A DNA stretch of 64,000 nt from Candidatus Vogelbacteria bacterium RIFOXYD1_FULL_46_19 (GCA_001824825.1 MHTK01000006.1:57051-121050), one strand, 5' to 3'. Shown: positions 30,185 to 39,873, counted from the stretch's first letter. Notes: generated by a model not told the origin, from the letters alone. Made by a program: numbers and translations.

Positions 30185-31300
30185 ATGACCACTCGCCTCA
30201 CTGCTAAAAATCAAAGTCGAACTTTTTTAATTTTGATTCTGACAATCTCAGTGGTTGGTTTTTTTATTTTTCTGTCAGCTTCACTGGGAATGGTAGGCAG
30301 TGAAATTAGTGGCTTCATTAAGGTTGGTCTAAAACAGTTAATGGTGCTTCTAGGGGGCTTGGTCCTGATGGTTTTACTCTCAAACTTAAATTATAAACAT
30401 TGGCGGCAATGGTCTTTACCACTGTTGGTGGTCGCTCTGGGGGCCACTGCTTTGGTTTTTATTCCCGGTTTAGGAGTAGATTCCGGCGGGGCTACTCGCT
30501 GGATCGGCCTCGCCGGTTTTACGGTTCAACCAGGGGAGTTACTTAAGCTAGGCGTTATAATTTACTATGCCGCTTGGCTTTCCTCCGCCAAAGCTAGGGC
30601 TGGCACTTTTACTAAAGGCGTAATGCCTTTACTTATCCTGCTTGCCCTAGCCGGGTTACTACTACTTAGCCAGCCCGACACTGGTACTTTTCTCGTAATT
30701 GCTTTAGCAATGGTCTGCCAGTTTATAGTGGCCGGCGGTAAGTGGCGACACTTAGTACTCCTGGCTCTAATCGGTGCTATAGCCCTAGGGTCACTGGTGG
30801 CCACTAGGCCTTACCTACGCAGTCGGTTGGCTACCTTCTTAGATCCAGCCGCCGATCAGCTTGGTTCTTCATACCAAATAAATCAATCCCTAATTGCCAT
30901 TGGTTCTGGGGGAGTTTTTGGTCGAGGGTTTGGTCAAAGTTTACAAAAGTTTAGCTTCTTGCCTCAACCGATCGGGGACTCCATTTTTGCGGTCGCGGCT
31001 GAGGAATTTGGTTTTGTTGGCTCCCTGGTCATCATACTTTTATTTTTACTTTTTATGATTACCGGACTTAAAATTGCGGCTCGAGCGCCCGATACTTTTG
31101 GTAGACTTATCGTACTAGGGCTTGTTATACTCATAGTGTCACAATCCTTTATAAACATTGGAGCAATGTTGGGACTTTTGCCCTTAACTGGTGAGCCTTT
31201 AATTTTTGTGTCGCAAGGAGGTAGTGCTCTCTTGTTTGGCCTGGTGGCCGCCGGAATTATATTAAACGTCTCACGCCACGAAACCAAAGCCATTAAATAA
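30185..31300 (+). CDS. ftsW: SEDS-family peptidoglycan glycosyltransferase (FtsW/RodA)
   Basis: Polytopic protein; PGELLKLG and position between mraY and murG. Confidence 0.85.
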   Translation: MTTRLTAKNQSRTFLILILTISVVGFFIFLSASLGMVGSEISGFIKVGLKQLMVLLGGLVLMVLLSNLNYKHWRQWSLPLLVVALGATALVFIPGLGVDSGGATRWIGLAGFTVQPGELLKLGVIIYYAAWLSSAKARAGTFTKGVMPLLILLALAGLLLLSQPDTGTFLVIALAMVCQFIVAGGKWRHLVLLALIGAIALGSLVATRPYLRSRLATFLDPAADQLGSSYQINQSLIAIGSGGVFGRGFGQSLQKFSFLPQPIGDSIFAVAAEEFGFVGSLVIILLFLLFMITGLKIAARAPDTFGRLIVLGLVILIVSQSFINIGAMLGLLPLTGEPLIFVSQGGSALLFGLVAAGIILNVSRHETKAIK

Positions 31301-31390
31301 TACTCTCGAGATGAGAACGAATTCCATTATTAACCAACTGCCACCGCTAAATTTAAAATTATTAATAGTGGTGACTAATTTTTCATAAAG

Positions 31391-32518
31391 ATGCGAATTT
31401 TATTTACCGGTGGGGGCACGGGGGGACATTTTTACCCCATCATTGCGGTGGCCGAGGAACTACGAGCCGTCGTTTATGAAGAAAAGCTGGTCGGATCCAA
31501 GCTCTACTTCATGTCGGACAAGCCCTATAATGAAAAGTTGTTATTAGAAAACGATATTCGCTTCGTAGTGGCCGCCGCCGGCAAGTGGCGTCGCTACTTT
31601 TCCATTTTAAATTTTACCGATTTATTTAAAATTGGTTTTGGTATTGGGCAAGCCATTTGGAAAATGTTTTGGATTTACCCCGATGTAATTTTTAGCAAAG
31701 GCGGTTATGCGAGTGTACCGGCCGTCTGCGCTGGCCGAATCTTAGGGATTCCTATTTTTATTCACGAGTCTGACTCCCAACCTGGTCGAGCTAATTTATG
31801 GGCCGGAAAATTTGCCCAGCGTATCGCTTTGTCATACGAGGAAGCAGCCAGCTATTTCGAGACCAAGAAAACGGCGGTCGTCGGCAATCCACTGCGCCGA
31901 GAAATTTTAAATCCCATTCCTCAAGGAGCCAAAAAATTTCTTAAACTGGAAGAGGATTTACCCATTATCTTGGTTTTAGGTGGTTCACTTGGATCGCAGT
32001 GCATTAATAATGTTCTGCTAGAATCTCTACCGGAACTACTGGAGTCTTACCAAATAATTCACCAAACCGGTAAACAAAATTTTGCTGATGTAAAAGCCCG
32101 CACTCAAGTTATATTGAAAGATAACCCCAACTCCAAGCGTTACCAAACGTTTGAATATTTAAATGACCTAGCGATGCGAATGGCCGCCGGAGTGGCCGAC
32201 TTGGTTGTTTCCCGGGCCGGATCCGCCATCTTTGAAATTGCACATTGGGAAATTCCGGCTATTATTATTCCCATTCCAGAGACCATTAGTCACGACCAAC
32301 GGAGCAACGCTTTTACTTATGCCCGCTCCGGTGGAGCGGTAGTAATCGAAGAAAATAATTTGTCACCTTCGGTCTTAACCTTAGAGATAAAACGTATTTT
32401 GACAGATCCACGACTGGCGGCCGAAATGCAGATCGGGGCCAAGAATTTTGCCCGGCCGGAAGCCGCTCGCCTGATTGCTAAAGAAATTTTAGACATTGCC
32501 ATCCAACATGAAATCTAA
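31391..32518 (+). CDS. murG: UDP-GlcNAc:undecaprenyl-PP-MurNAc-pentapeptide GlcNAc transferase
   Basis: TGGGTGGH N-terminus and GT-B fold motifs. Confidence 0.9.
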   Translation: MRILFTGGGTGGHFYPIIAVAEELRAVVYEEKLVGSKLYFMSDKPYNEKLLLENDIRFVVAAAGKWRRYFSILNFTDLFKIGFGIGQAIWKMFWIYPDVIFSKGGYASVPAVCAGRILGIPIFIHESDSQPGRANLWAGKFAQRIALSYEEAASYFETKKTAVVGNPLRREILNPIPQGAKKFLKLEEDLPIILVLGGSLGSQCINNVLLESLPELLESYQIIHQTGKQNFADVKARTQVILKDNPNSKRYQTFEYLNDLAMRMAAGVADLVVSRAGSAIFEIAHWEIPAIIIPIPETISHDQRSNAFTYARSGGAVVIEENNLSPSVLTLEIKRILTDPRLAAEMQIGAKNFARPEAARLIAKEILDIAIQHEI

Positions 32519-33827
32519 CCAGTCTATAGTTACACGCTTTGCCCCCAGTCCCACCGGACTTTTACACGCCGGTAATTATCGAACGGCCGTTTTTGCCTAC
32601 CTATTTGCCCGCCAACATAAAGGTAAATTCATTTTACGCCTTGAAGACACTGACCGTGAGCGCAGCCGGCCGGAATACGAGGCTAATATTTTAGACAGTC
32701 TAAGTTGGCTAGGGCTAGAGTATGATGAGTTACACCACCAATCTAAGCGAAGTGAACATCACCGGGCTTATTTAGAAAAAATGATCGCCGGTGGCCAAGC
32801 TTATATCTCCAAGGAAACTCCGGTTAAAGAAGGGGGACGCAGTGAAGTCATTCGTTTCAAAAATCCCAATCGGACAGTGACTTTTACTGACCTCATCCGC
32901 GGTGAAATAATTTTTGACACCACCGAGCTGGGAGATTTTGTGATTGCCAAATCTTTAGATGAACCCCTCTTTCACTTGGCCGTGGTAGCCGATGATGCCG
33001 ACTTAGGTATCACTCACATCATCCGAGGTGAAGATCACATTTCCAACACTCCACGTCAGATATTAATCCAAGAAGCTATCAACGCTCCCACCCCTTTGTA
33101 TGCTCACTTGCCACTAGTCTTGGCTCCAGACCGCTCTAAACTCTCCAAGCGCAAAGGGGCCCTAGCCTTAACCGAGTACCGCAAGCAAGGCTATTTACCG
33201 GAAGCCCTCCTTAACTTTATGACCATGCTCGGCTGGAACCCTGGTACCGACGAAGAAGTTTTGTCTAAGGCCGAGCTAATGGAAAAATTCAACTTGTCTA
33301 AAGTCCAAAAGGCTGGTGCCATTTTCAATGAAGAAAAACTGCGGTGGTTCAACCGAGAGCATTTGCGCCGCCGCCCGGCCGGTGAGCTAAAACAGCTGGT
33401 TTTAGCTAAAATTCCCAACTTAAGCTCTTTGCCTGAAATAAGTCTAGAACGCCTGTTACCGGTTATTTTAGAGCGAGTAGAGACTATAGCAGACCTTGAC
33501 CGGATGAAAGAAGAGGGGGAGTGGGATTACTTCATTGAAACCCCCACGATCTTACCTGAACTTTTAAAAACCCCAAAACACCTACCAGCTTTAGTCAATA
33601 TTTTAGAGCAAGTCCCAGTTGAAAAATTTACTGCCGAAGTCATCAAGGAGACGGTGTGGGATTTTGCTACTAAAGAGGGGAGGAGTGAGGTGCTGTGGCC
33701 GATGCGAGTGGCCTTAACCGGCCGAGCCAAATCACCAGATCCCTTTATCGTAGCGTCTATTTTAGGTAAAGAAAAAACGATCAATCGGTTAAACCAAGGA
33801 ATAGTACTTATCGGAGACGTTAATTAG
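32496..33827 (+). CDS. gltX: glutamyl-tRNA synthetase (start may be the ATG at 32508)
   Basis: RFAPSPTG..H.G and KLSKRKG. Confidence 0.9.
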   Translation: MPSNMKSNQSIVTRFAPSPTGLLHAGNYRTAVFAYLFARQHKGKFILRLEDTDRERSRPEYEANILDSLSWLGLEYDELHHQSKRSEHHRAYLEKMIAGGQAYISKETPVKEGGRSEVIRFKNPNRTVTFTDLIRGEIIFDTTELGDFVIAKSLDEPLFHLAVVADDADLGITHIIRGEDHISNTPRQILIQEAINAPTPLYAHLPLVLAPDRSKLSKRKGALALTEYRKQGYLPEALLNFMTMLGWNPGTDEEVLSKAELMEKFNLSKVQKAGAIFNEEKLRWFNREHLRRRPAGELKQLVLAKIPNLSSLPEISLERLLPVILERVETIADLDRMKEEGEWDYFIETPTILPELLKTPKHLPALVNILEQVPVEKFTAEVIKETVWDFATKEGRSEVLWPMRVALTGRAKSPDPFIVASILGKEKTINRLNQGIVLIGDVN

Positions 33828-33884
33828 ACGAACGAATAGATCTAAGACTTTGCCCTTGGGTTTAATACCCTTTATAATAGGGCT

Positions 33885-35168
33885 ATGAATGCTCGATATT
33901 TTAAATATACTGCTTGGTGTCTGTTTTTTTTGATAATTCTCGTCCTTACACCGCAAACCAACGCTCAATCAGTGGATGAGCTGAAAAACCAAATCACTTC
34001 CAAAAATAGTGAAATCGCTCAACTGGAAAAAGAAATTGCCGAGTATCAGAAAAAAATTGCCGCCACCAAAGGCCAGTCTAGTACTCTAAACGCCGAGTTG
34101 GCGCGCCTAGAGAGCTCGAAGAAAAAATTGGAAACCGACGTGGCTTTAACTCGTAAAAAAATCAGTGCTACCGAACTAACCATTAAAAAGCTAGGTAGTG
34201 AAATAGCCACTAGCGCTAGTAAAATTGAAACCAACCACCTAGCCGTGGCAGCGGCTTTACGAGAAATGAAAGACGCTGATACTTTCAACTTCACGGTCGC
34301 CTTTTTAAGTAATGACACTTTGTCCGATTTTTTAAACGACTACGCCACCCTGGAATCTTTTCGCGGTAAACTCGAGGCCCAGATTTTAGAGCTTAAAAAG
34401 ACTAAAACTACCTACGAAAAACAAAAGAGTGAATCGGAAGAAGAAAAACTAGCTTTGACTTCACTCCAATCAAAATTAGCCGACCAACGACAGATTGTCA
34501 CTCAGAACCAGTCAGAGAAAAGCGTTTTACTGTCCCAAACTAAAGCCCAAGAGGCTAGCTACCAGCAACTCCTGGCCGACCGCATCGCCAAGAAAAATGC
34601 AGTGGAGGCGGAAATTAGGAAAGCTGAAGATGCTTTAAACCTCATTGTTAACCCGGGATCCCTGCCGGCCACCGGGCGGGGAGTAATTAAGTGGCCTTTT
34701 GATAAAGTAGTAGTGACTCAATACTTTGGCAACACTCCTTTTGCCACCGCTAACGCCCAGATTTATAAGGGAGCTGGTCATAATGGTATAGACCTGGCGG
34801 CGGCCGTGGGAACCCCGGTCAAAGCGGTTCTAGACGGAACAGTGATTGGGGTAGGAGATACCGACTTAACCTGTCCGCGAGCCTCTTATGGTCGCTGGGT
34901 GATGGTGAGGCATAATAATGGCCTCTCGAGCGTTTACGGTCATCTTTCCCTACCGAAAGTAGTTGAGGGTCAGACAGTAAAAACCGGTGACATCGTAGCT
35001 TATAGTGGCAACACCGGCTACACTACCGGGCCACACTTGCACTTCACTCTCCTCGCGACCCAAGGCTCCCAAATCGGTTCCTTGCAGTCTAAGGTGCCCG
35101 GTTGCGGGGTTTACCGAATTCCCTTGGCCACTAAAGAAGCAGTTCTTAACCCTTTATCTTATCTATAA
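33885..35168 (+). CDS. M23-family peptidase with an N-terminal coiled coil (EnvC-like)
   Basis: Signal peptide, long coiled coil, HNGID and HLHF zinc motifs. Confidence 0.8.
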   Translation: MNARYFKYTAWCLFFLIILVLTPQTNAQSVDELKNQITSKNSEIAQLEKEIAEYQKKIAATKGQSSTLNAELARLESSKKKLETDVALTRKKISATELTIKKLGSEIATSASKIETNHLAVAAALREMKDADTFNFTVAFLSNDTLSDFLNDYATLESFRGKLEAQILELKKTKTTYEKQKSESEEEKLALTSLQSKLADQRQIVTQNQSEKSVLLSQTKAQEASYQQLLADRIAKKNAVEAEIRKAEDALNLIVNPGSLPATGRGVIKWPFDKVVVTQYFGNTPFATANAQIYKGAGHNGIDLAAAVGTPVKAVLDGTVIGVGDTDLTCPRASYGRWVMVRHNNGLSSVYGHLSLPKVVEGQTVKTGDIVAYSGNTGYTTGPHLHFTLLATQGSQIGSLQSKVPGCGVYRIPLATKEAVLNPLSYL

Positions 35169-35211
35169 AATAGAGTAAATAATTATTAATCACTTTTTGA
35201 AACATTAATCT

Positions 35212-35493
35212 ATGGCTTCCAAGCAAAACTCAGGCGGTTTTATCAAAATTATCCTAATCATTATTGTTCTGGTGATTGTGCTGGGAATTTTTAAAATTGA
35301 CCTAAGAGCCATAACGGATTCAGAAGTTACCCAGCGAAATATGGACGTCATAAAAGAAGCGGGGGATAAAGTCTGGGTTTTTGGCCTCCATGTGTGGGAA
35401 AATTACATTAAAGAGCCGGCTTTATGGGTCTGGAATCAGGTCGTTTTGGAACAAATTTGGCCGATCATATCAGATTGGTGGACCAGTCATTAG
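35212..35493 (+). CDS. small hypothetical membrane protein
   Basis: 93 aa with one TM helix. Confidence 0.35.
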   Translation: MASKQNSGGFIKIILIIIVLVIVLGIFKIDLRAITDSEVTQRNMDVIKEAGDKVWVFGLHVWENYIKEPALWVWNQVVLEQIWPIISDWWTSH

Positions 35494-35539
35494 CTAAAAA
35501 ACCCTTTAAATATAACGTTTTTTTGCCATCTAAAAACGC

Positions 35540-35568
35540 TTGACAATGGTCGAGCCCCTTGCTATAAT
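35540..35568 (+). promoter_or_regulatory. sigma70-like promoter (TTGACA-17-TATAAT)
   Basis: TTGACA at 35540-35545 and TATAAT at 35563-35568. Confidence 0.5.
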
Positions 35569-35627
35569 ATTGACAGTTACTTACATTGTGTGTGATAGTA
35601 TGTAACTCTTAAATTCACCATCACGCA

Positions 35628-35649
35628 AAACACTGCAAAGTGTTTTTTT
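35628..35649 (+). terminator. terminator/attenuator hairpin within the leader
   Basis: aaacactgc-aaa-gtgttt followed by ttttt, about 60 nt after the promoter. Confidence 0.45.
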
Positions 35650-35737
35650 CTTTGGAATCCGCTTCCCACTACAAGTGGCGGACTCTGAAGTTTAAAATTT
35701 AGCCCTACGGCTTATTTTACGAACTTTACAAATAGGC

Positions 35738-36205
35738 TTGGCAAGCCTTATAGCTGTCACAAATATTACTCCTACCACTGCCGGTGTTCCGGTTTCGACC
35801 GCGACCGCCGACCAGGTAGAAGTTGCGCAACTTGTCACTGAGTCCGAAGTAGCCCCAACCCAAAGTAATTCAGATTTATCGATTCCTGAGCTAATTGCAA
35901 TACATAGTAAGGAACAAGGGGTTGATGTGAAACTGGCTCAAGCAATTGCATTTTGTGAAAGCACCAATCGTCAATTTATTGACGATAATATGACTCCGTT
36001 ACGCGGTCTTCATAATCCACTAGACGTCGGTATCTTTCAAATTAATGAGAAGTACCACCTCGAGAAAAGTCAGGAGCTTGGCTTTGATATTTACACCATC
36101 ACGGGTAATATCGACTATGCTCTCTGGCTCTTAAAAAACGGGGGTTCCCGTCACTGGAATTGGAGCCGACCGTGCTGGTCTCAGAAAATAAACCCTGTCG
36201 CTTAA
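35738..36205 (+). CDS. secreted transglycosylase-like (Rpf/IsaA/SLT-like) domain protein; start uncertain
   Basis: AIAFCES.N.Q....DVGIFQIN..H resembles the lysozyme-like transglycosylase domain; the annotated ATG sits inside a perfect palindrome. Confidence 0.5.
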   Translation: MASLIAVTNITPTTAGVPVSTATADQVEVAQLVTESEVAPTQSNSDLSIPELIAIHSKEQGVDVKLAQAIAFCESTNRQFIDDNMTPLRGLHNPLDVGIFQINEKYHLEKSQELGFDIYTITGNIDYALWLLKNGGSRHWNWSRPCWSQKINPVA

Positions 36206-36225
36206 ACCCGACAGGGTTTATTGGT
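36190..36225 (+). terminator. terminator hairpin overlapping the stop codon
   Basis: aaaccctgtcg-cttaaacc-cgacagggttt followed by att. Confidence 0.5.
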
Positions 36226-37007
36226 TGCCGAGAATACCCGGTCGGCTGCTTGTCTGCCTTTGGCTGAGGTGGCAGGCTTGGTTAAATATTAAGTACCAAA
36301 TTGCCAATTTAATAAAATTATCGTTATAATAGACAGCTGATGGAACGAGCTAGTTAACTCAACTTCCATCCTAGGAGCGGCCAATTACCTTCATCATCTG
36401 TTGTGCGGCCGCTTTTTACATTTAGACTAATTCCGGTCATTCTTTATGTTTTATTTAGACGTCGAACAGTGGAAAGAGGATTTACTAAACCTATTTAAAC
36501 ATCTGCCCAGCATCATCGCCTGGGTCTTTTACTTGATTTACAAAAAAATTGAGAACAAATTCCACCCAAAAACTTAATTTCATCCGTCTCAATTTTATTA
36601 TTTAAATGTCTTACGTCGCAAAATCTATATTGTGCGACGTTATATTAAAAACTCAGGAGCTGAACCTCTCCCTCTAATTATCTGATACCCAACCCCCTAC
36701 CCCGATCTACCTATCCAGTACGATCGTCTAAGATAAGGGGGTTCCCCGATTTAATATTATTTATATTAACCCTTGTTTGGTACCAGTTGTCTCCCCCGCC
36801 GACCGGTAGGGAAGTGAGTGGTAATTTTTTACAGATTAAGATTTCGGCTTTATCACCAACCACTCCCCTTGCATTTTGGAGAAAAAAATGGACAATTAAA
36901 TTTGGTGCACTTGGGTCTCTCAATAAAAAAGGATGGGATCTATATGGTAGCTAAGTCGCGCGGGAAGAATACTGGTCCTAAAACCAATTGCTTTCATCGT
37001 CGTCGGA

Positions 37008-37033
37008 CCCACCAAGGTCCACTTCCCAACCCC
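37008..37033. repeat. copy 1 of an exact 26-bp repeat, cccaccaaggtccacttcccaacccc (copy 2 at 57311-57336)
   Basis: Identical 26-mer at two loci 20 kb apart; the flanks are unrelated. Confidence 0.9.
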
Positions 37034-37132
37034 AGCGCGGAGGTCGCGGACTTCCGCTACAAGGTGACGGAGGTTTACCCTCCGCCTGGAACGAACCGGG
37101 GTCCGAATAAGAAGTAGGCCCCCTTTCGTCTG

Positions 37133-37168
37133 AAGCCTCGCCCAACGTGCACCGGCGAGGCTTTTTTC
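37133..37168 (+). terminator. intrinsic terminator ending a short plus-strand transcript of unknown content
   Basis: aagcctcgcc...ggcgaggctt followed by tttttt. Confidence 0.6.
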
Positions 37169-37213
37169 TTACCCTTAATTAAACCTAATAAAATAAGTAG
37201 CACCCTTAGAAAA

Positions 37214-37672
37214 CTATAACCCCGGGCAATTTTTGGCCGGGCTATAACCGGCTAATTCAGCTTCTTCTTTAGTAGCAAACCAGACCTTATTCCCCTCCTT
37301 GATAGTGACGGCCGACGGGCACCACGGGAAATGGTATTTAGTCCCACCTTTAGAACCCACATATTTTCCGGTAGCCAGCCCTGGGGCTTCACTGGTATTA
37401 GTCGTATTGTTAGACTCGGTTATCGGCAAGGTAGCCGGTTCAATGACTCTAACTGGCACTCGATTTTCCTCTAATTTTGTTAAGCGCCCCAAACCAAAAG
37501 CCAGGGCGGCGGTCAAAATAATCAGTAAAATAATAAAAATATCTTTTTCCCATTCCCCCAGCCAAGCCCTAAGGGAGGCTACCTGGTTAGGGCTCGGGCC
37601 CTTGATTTTTTCGACTATATCTCTTATACTCATTTGGTACTTATTATAGATTATAGAACTACCAACCAGCAA
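37214..37672 (-). CDS. membrane-anchored protein with a C-terminal Ada-like zinc-binding domain
   Basis: One TM helix; the C-terminus KYHFPWCPSAVTIKEGNKVWFATKEEAELAGYSPAKNCP matches the Ada metal-binding-domain pattern YH...C.....I...N...F.S..EA...G..PC..C. Confidence 0.5.
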   Translation of the reverse strand: MLVGSSIIYNKYQMSIRDIVEKIKGPSPNQVASLRAWLGEWEKDIFIILLIILTAALAFGLGRLTKLEENRVPVRVIEPATLPITESNNTTNTSEAPGLATGKYVGSKGGTKYHFPWCPSAVTIKEGNKVWFATKEEAELAGYSPAKNCPGL

Positions 37673-37691
37673 ATCCTAACCATTAATCCTC

Positions 37692-37970
37692 ATGGCCCAT
37701 AGAAAAGCCGGCGGTTCGGCTAAAAACCTTAGAGATTCCAATCCAAAATATTTAGGCACCAAGCTCTACGATGGTGAGGATGCCAAACCGGGAGCCATCT
37801 TGGTGCGTCAGCGCGGTACCAAGGTCCTACCTGGCACCAATGTTAAAGTGGGCAAAGACCACACTATTTTTGCCGTAGCCCAAGGTAAAGTCAAATTCAC
37901 CGAGAAAAGAAAGCTGTCTTTCAATGGCCGAACCAAAGTCCACAAGGTAGCCAACGTGGTAACTAAATAA
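37692..37970 (+). CDS. rpmA: 50S ribosomal protein L27
   Basis: [17 protein letters not shown]...G. Confidence 0.9.
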   Translation: MAHRKAGGSAKNLRDSNPKYLGTKLYDGEDAKPGAILVRQRGTKVLPGTNVKVGKDHTIFAVAQGKVKFTEKRKLSFNGRTKVHKVANVVTK

Positions 37971-37988
37971 TTTAAATTTTTTCCCATC

Positions 37989-38018
37989 AAAAAAACTGCT
38001 CTTTCGAGCAGTTTTTTT
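37989..38018. terminator. bidirectional terminator between rpmA (+) and rplI (-)
   Basis: aaaaaactgctc-tttc-gagcagttttttt. Confidence 0.7.
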
Positions 38019-38042
38019 GATGGGGTTATTAATTTAAATATT

Positions 38043-38480
38043 CTAACTCTCTGCTTCAATAATCACTTCCACTTTACTACCCTCCCCTATTTCAACTTCG
38101 TGGATACCAGTAGTTTTCAAAGCTTTACCTAAGTGAATCAATTCGAGATCAACGTCCAAATTATACTGAGCTTTCAGAGCCTCCGCTATATCCCCCTTGC
38201 CCACTCCGGCAAATAAGTGCCCCTCTTCATTAGCTTTGGCCATAAGGCTAATACTCTTAGTGGGCAGGGCTTCTATCGCGAGCTTGAGGGCTTCTTTTTG
38301 CTTCGAGAAACCAGCTAAATGTTTTTCCCTTAAATTGGTTAATTTGGCCTCAGGCATAATCCCCGGCATAACTGCCTTGCCGCGAGGTAATAAAAAGTTC
38401 CGAGCGTAACCGGCGGCTACCTCTTTCTCTTCATATTTTTTGCCCAATTTTGCTACATCCTGCATCAGTACTACCTTCAT
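38043..38480 (-). CDS. rplI: 50S ribosomal protein L9
   Basis: MKVVLMQDV..LGK.GE.KEVA.GYARNFL.P.G.A. Confidence 0.85.
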   Translation of the reverse strand: MKVVLMQDVAKLGKKYEEKEVAAGYARNFLLPRGKAVMPGIMPEAKLTNLREKHLAGFSKQKEALKLAIEALPTKSISLMAKANEEGHLFAGVGKGDIAEALKAQYNLDVDLELIHLGKALKTTGIHEVEIGEGSKVEVIIEAES

Positions 38481-38548
38481 ATATGTGCTTGATTTAAAAG
38501 TAAAAAGTAGCTAGATCATAGCTTATTTAAACCCCCTTGTCCATAGGT

Positions 38549-39784
38549 CTATTGTCCCAACAGCAACTGCACCGCCTTGTCTAATTGGTGGTCACGGCCA
38601 GCCTCGTAATCCTCGGCTGAGAGCTCTACTACCACCGCCGGAGTTAGACCTTCTTTAGAGATTGATACGCCTTTGGGGGTCAGCCAACGGGCAATGGTTA
38701 CCTTTAAGGCCGTTTCCCTAGTGACCGGCACCAGCTCTTGAACCGAACCTTTACCAAAAGTTTGTTCCCCCACCAAAGTGGCTATGTCATATTCCGAGAG
38801 GGCCCCAGCCAAAATTTCTGACGCCGAGGCACTACCCCGATCTACCAGCACTATCATTTTAAGATCATCGGTGAAAGCATTATAACCCTTACTGCGATAA
38901 GCCACGTCCTTGGCTCCCTCGCCTCGATGTTCCCAGACCACTACCTTGCCCTCCGGCAAAAACCAACTCGCCATATCGACTGCCGCATCTAAGTAACCCC
39001 CAGGGTTGCCCCGTAAGTCTAAAACCAAGCGGTCGGTCCCGGTCGCTTGGAATTTAAGCAAGGCTTGGCGGAATAAATCAGGCGAGTTAGCGCTGAAATT
39101 ATAGAGTCGGATCACAAATACTTGCTCCGGCAAAAGCTCGGTCTCGATCGTGGGGATTTCAATAATATCGCGCTTGACTTGAATGTCTTGCGGTTCCGAT
39201 CCGGCCGCTACCCGCAAAATAGTTAACTTAACCACCGTCCCCCGCTCCCCTCTAATATTACTAACCGCTTCATCTACCGACATTTCCGACGTCAACTCGC
39301 CATCAATACTTAAAATTTTATCCCCAGCTTGAATCCCGGCTCGCTTGGCCGGAGTGTTAGGTAGAGGGGCCACCACTGTCAAGATACCATCCTTAACCCC
39401 AATCTCCATCCCCACCCCACTAAAGTTACCCGAAATATCTTCTTCAAATTGCCGTTTTTCGGTCGGAGGTAAGAAAACAGTGTACGGATCCCCAAGGGCC
39501 GCGGTCATCCCGGAAATAGCCCCCCACAAGCGATCCTCGGTCTTGGTTTCGATAGTGCTAGTGCCGTTGCTATTAACATATTTTTCATCCAAGAGGGTCC
39601 AAGCTTCCCAAAATGGTGAGAAATCAACCGTATCCGGTTTCAGGGTTTCTAAGTCACTTAAACCACTCACCCGTTCAATAGCGGGCCCCCGCCGCTCCCC
39701 CAACTGCCAGCCACTCCAAAAGGTGGCCCCTAAAATAACCAGCACGAGTAGTAAGGTAAAAGTTGTACCAAGATAACGCTTCAT
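38549..39784 (-). CDS. ctpA: carboxy-terminal processing protease (S41, CtpA-like); start taken at the ATG of MKRYLG
   Basis: TM helix, PDZ domain, LRGNPGGYL and the S/K dyad region ...DRGSASASEILAGAL. Confidence 0.8.
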   Translation of the reverse strand: MKRYLGTTFTLLLVLVILGATFWSGWQLGERRGPAIERVSGLSDLETLKPDTVDFSPFWEAWTLLDEKYVNSNGTSTIETKTEDRLWGAISGMTAALGDPYTVFLPPTEKRQFEEDISGNFSGVGMEIGVKDGILTVVAPLPNTPAKRAGIQAGDKILSIDGELTSEMSVDEAVSNIRGERGTVVKLTILRVAAGSEPQDIQVKRDIIEIPTIETELLPEQVFVIRLYNFSANSPDLFRQALLKFQATGTDRLVLDLRGNPGGYLDAAVDMASWFLPEGKVVVWEHRGEGAKDVAYRSKGYNAFTDDLKMIVLVDRGSASASEILAGALSEYDIATLVGEQTFGKGSVQELVPVTRETALKVTIARWLTPKGVSISKEGLTPAVVVELSAEDYEAGRDHQLDKAVQLLLGQ

Positions 39785-39873
39785 AAATTTAAGTCTATCT
39801 AGTTTAACACATTCCTGCCCCAAGCCCCAAAACTGCTTGTCGAGAACTTTGGTTAAGACTATAATTACTTCAT

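Noticed and set aside
36711-37117. Track ORFs 36711..36923 (minus strand) and the full 36818..37117 (plus strand) as genes.
   Set aside because: They overlap each other in a hairpin-rich spacer with no RBS, and one contains the 26-bp regulatory repeat. Only the sub-ORF 36944..37117, which has a GGA-rich RBS and a downstream terminator, is kept as a low-confidence possibility in the findings.
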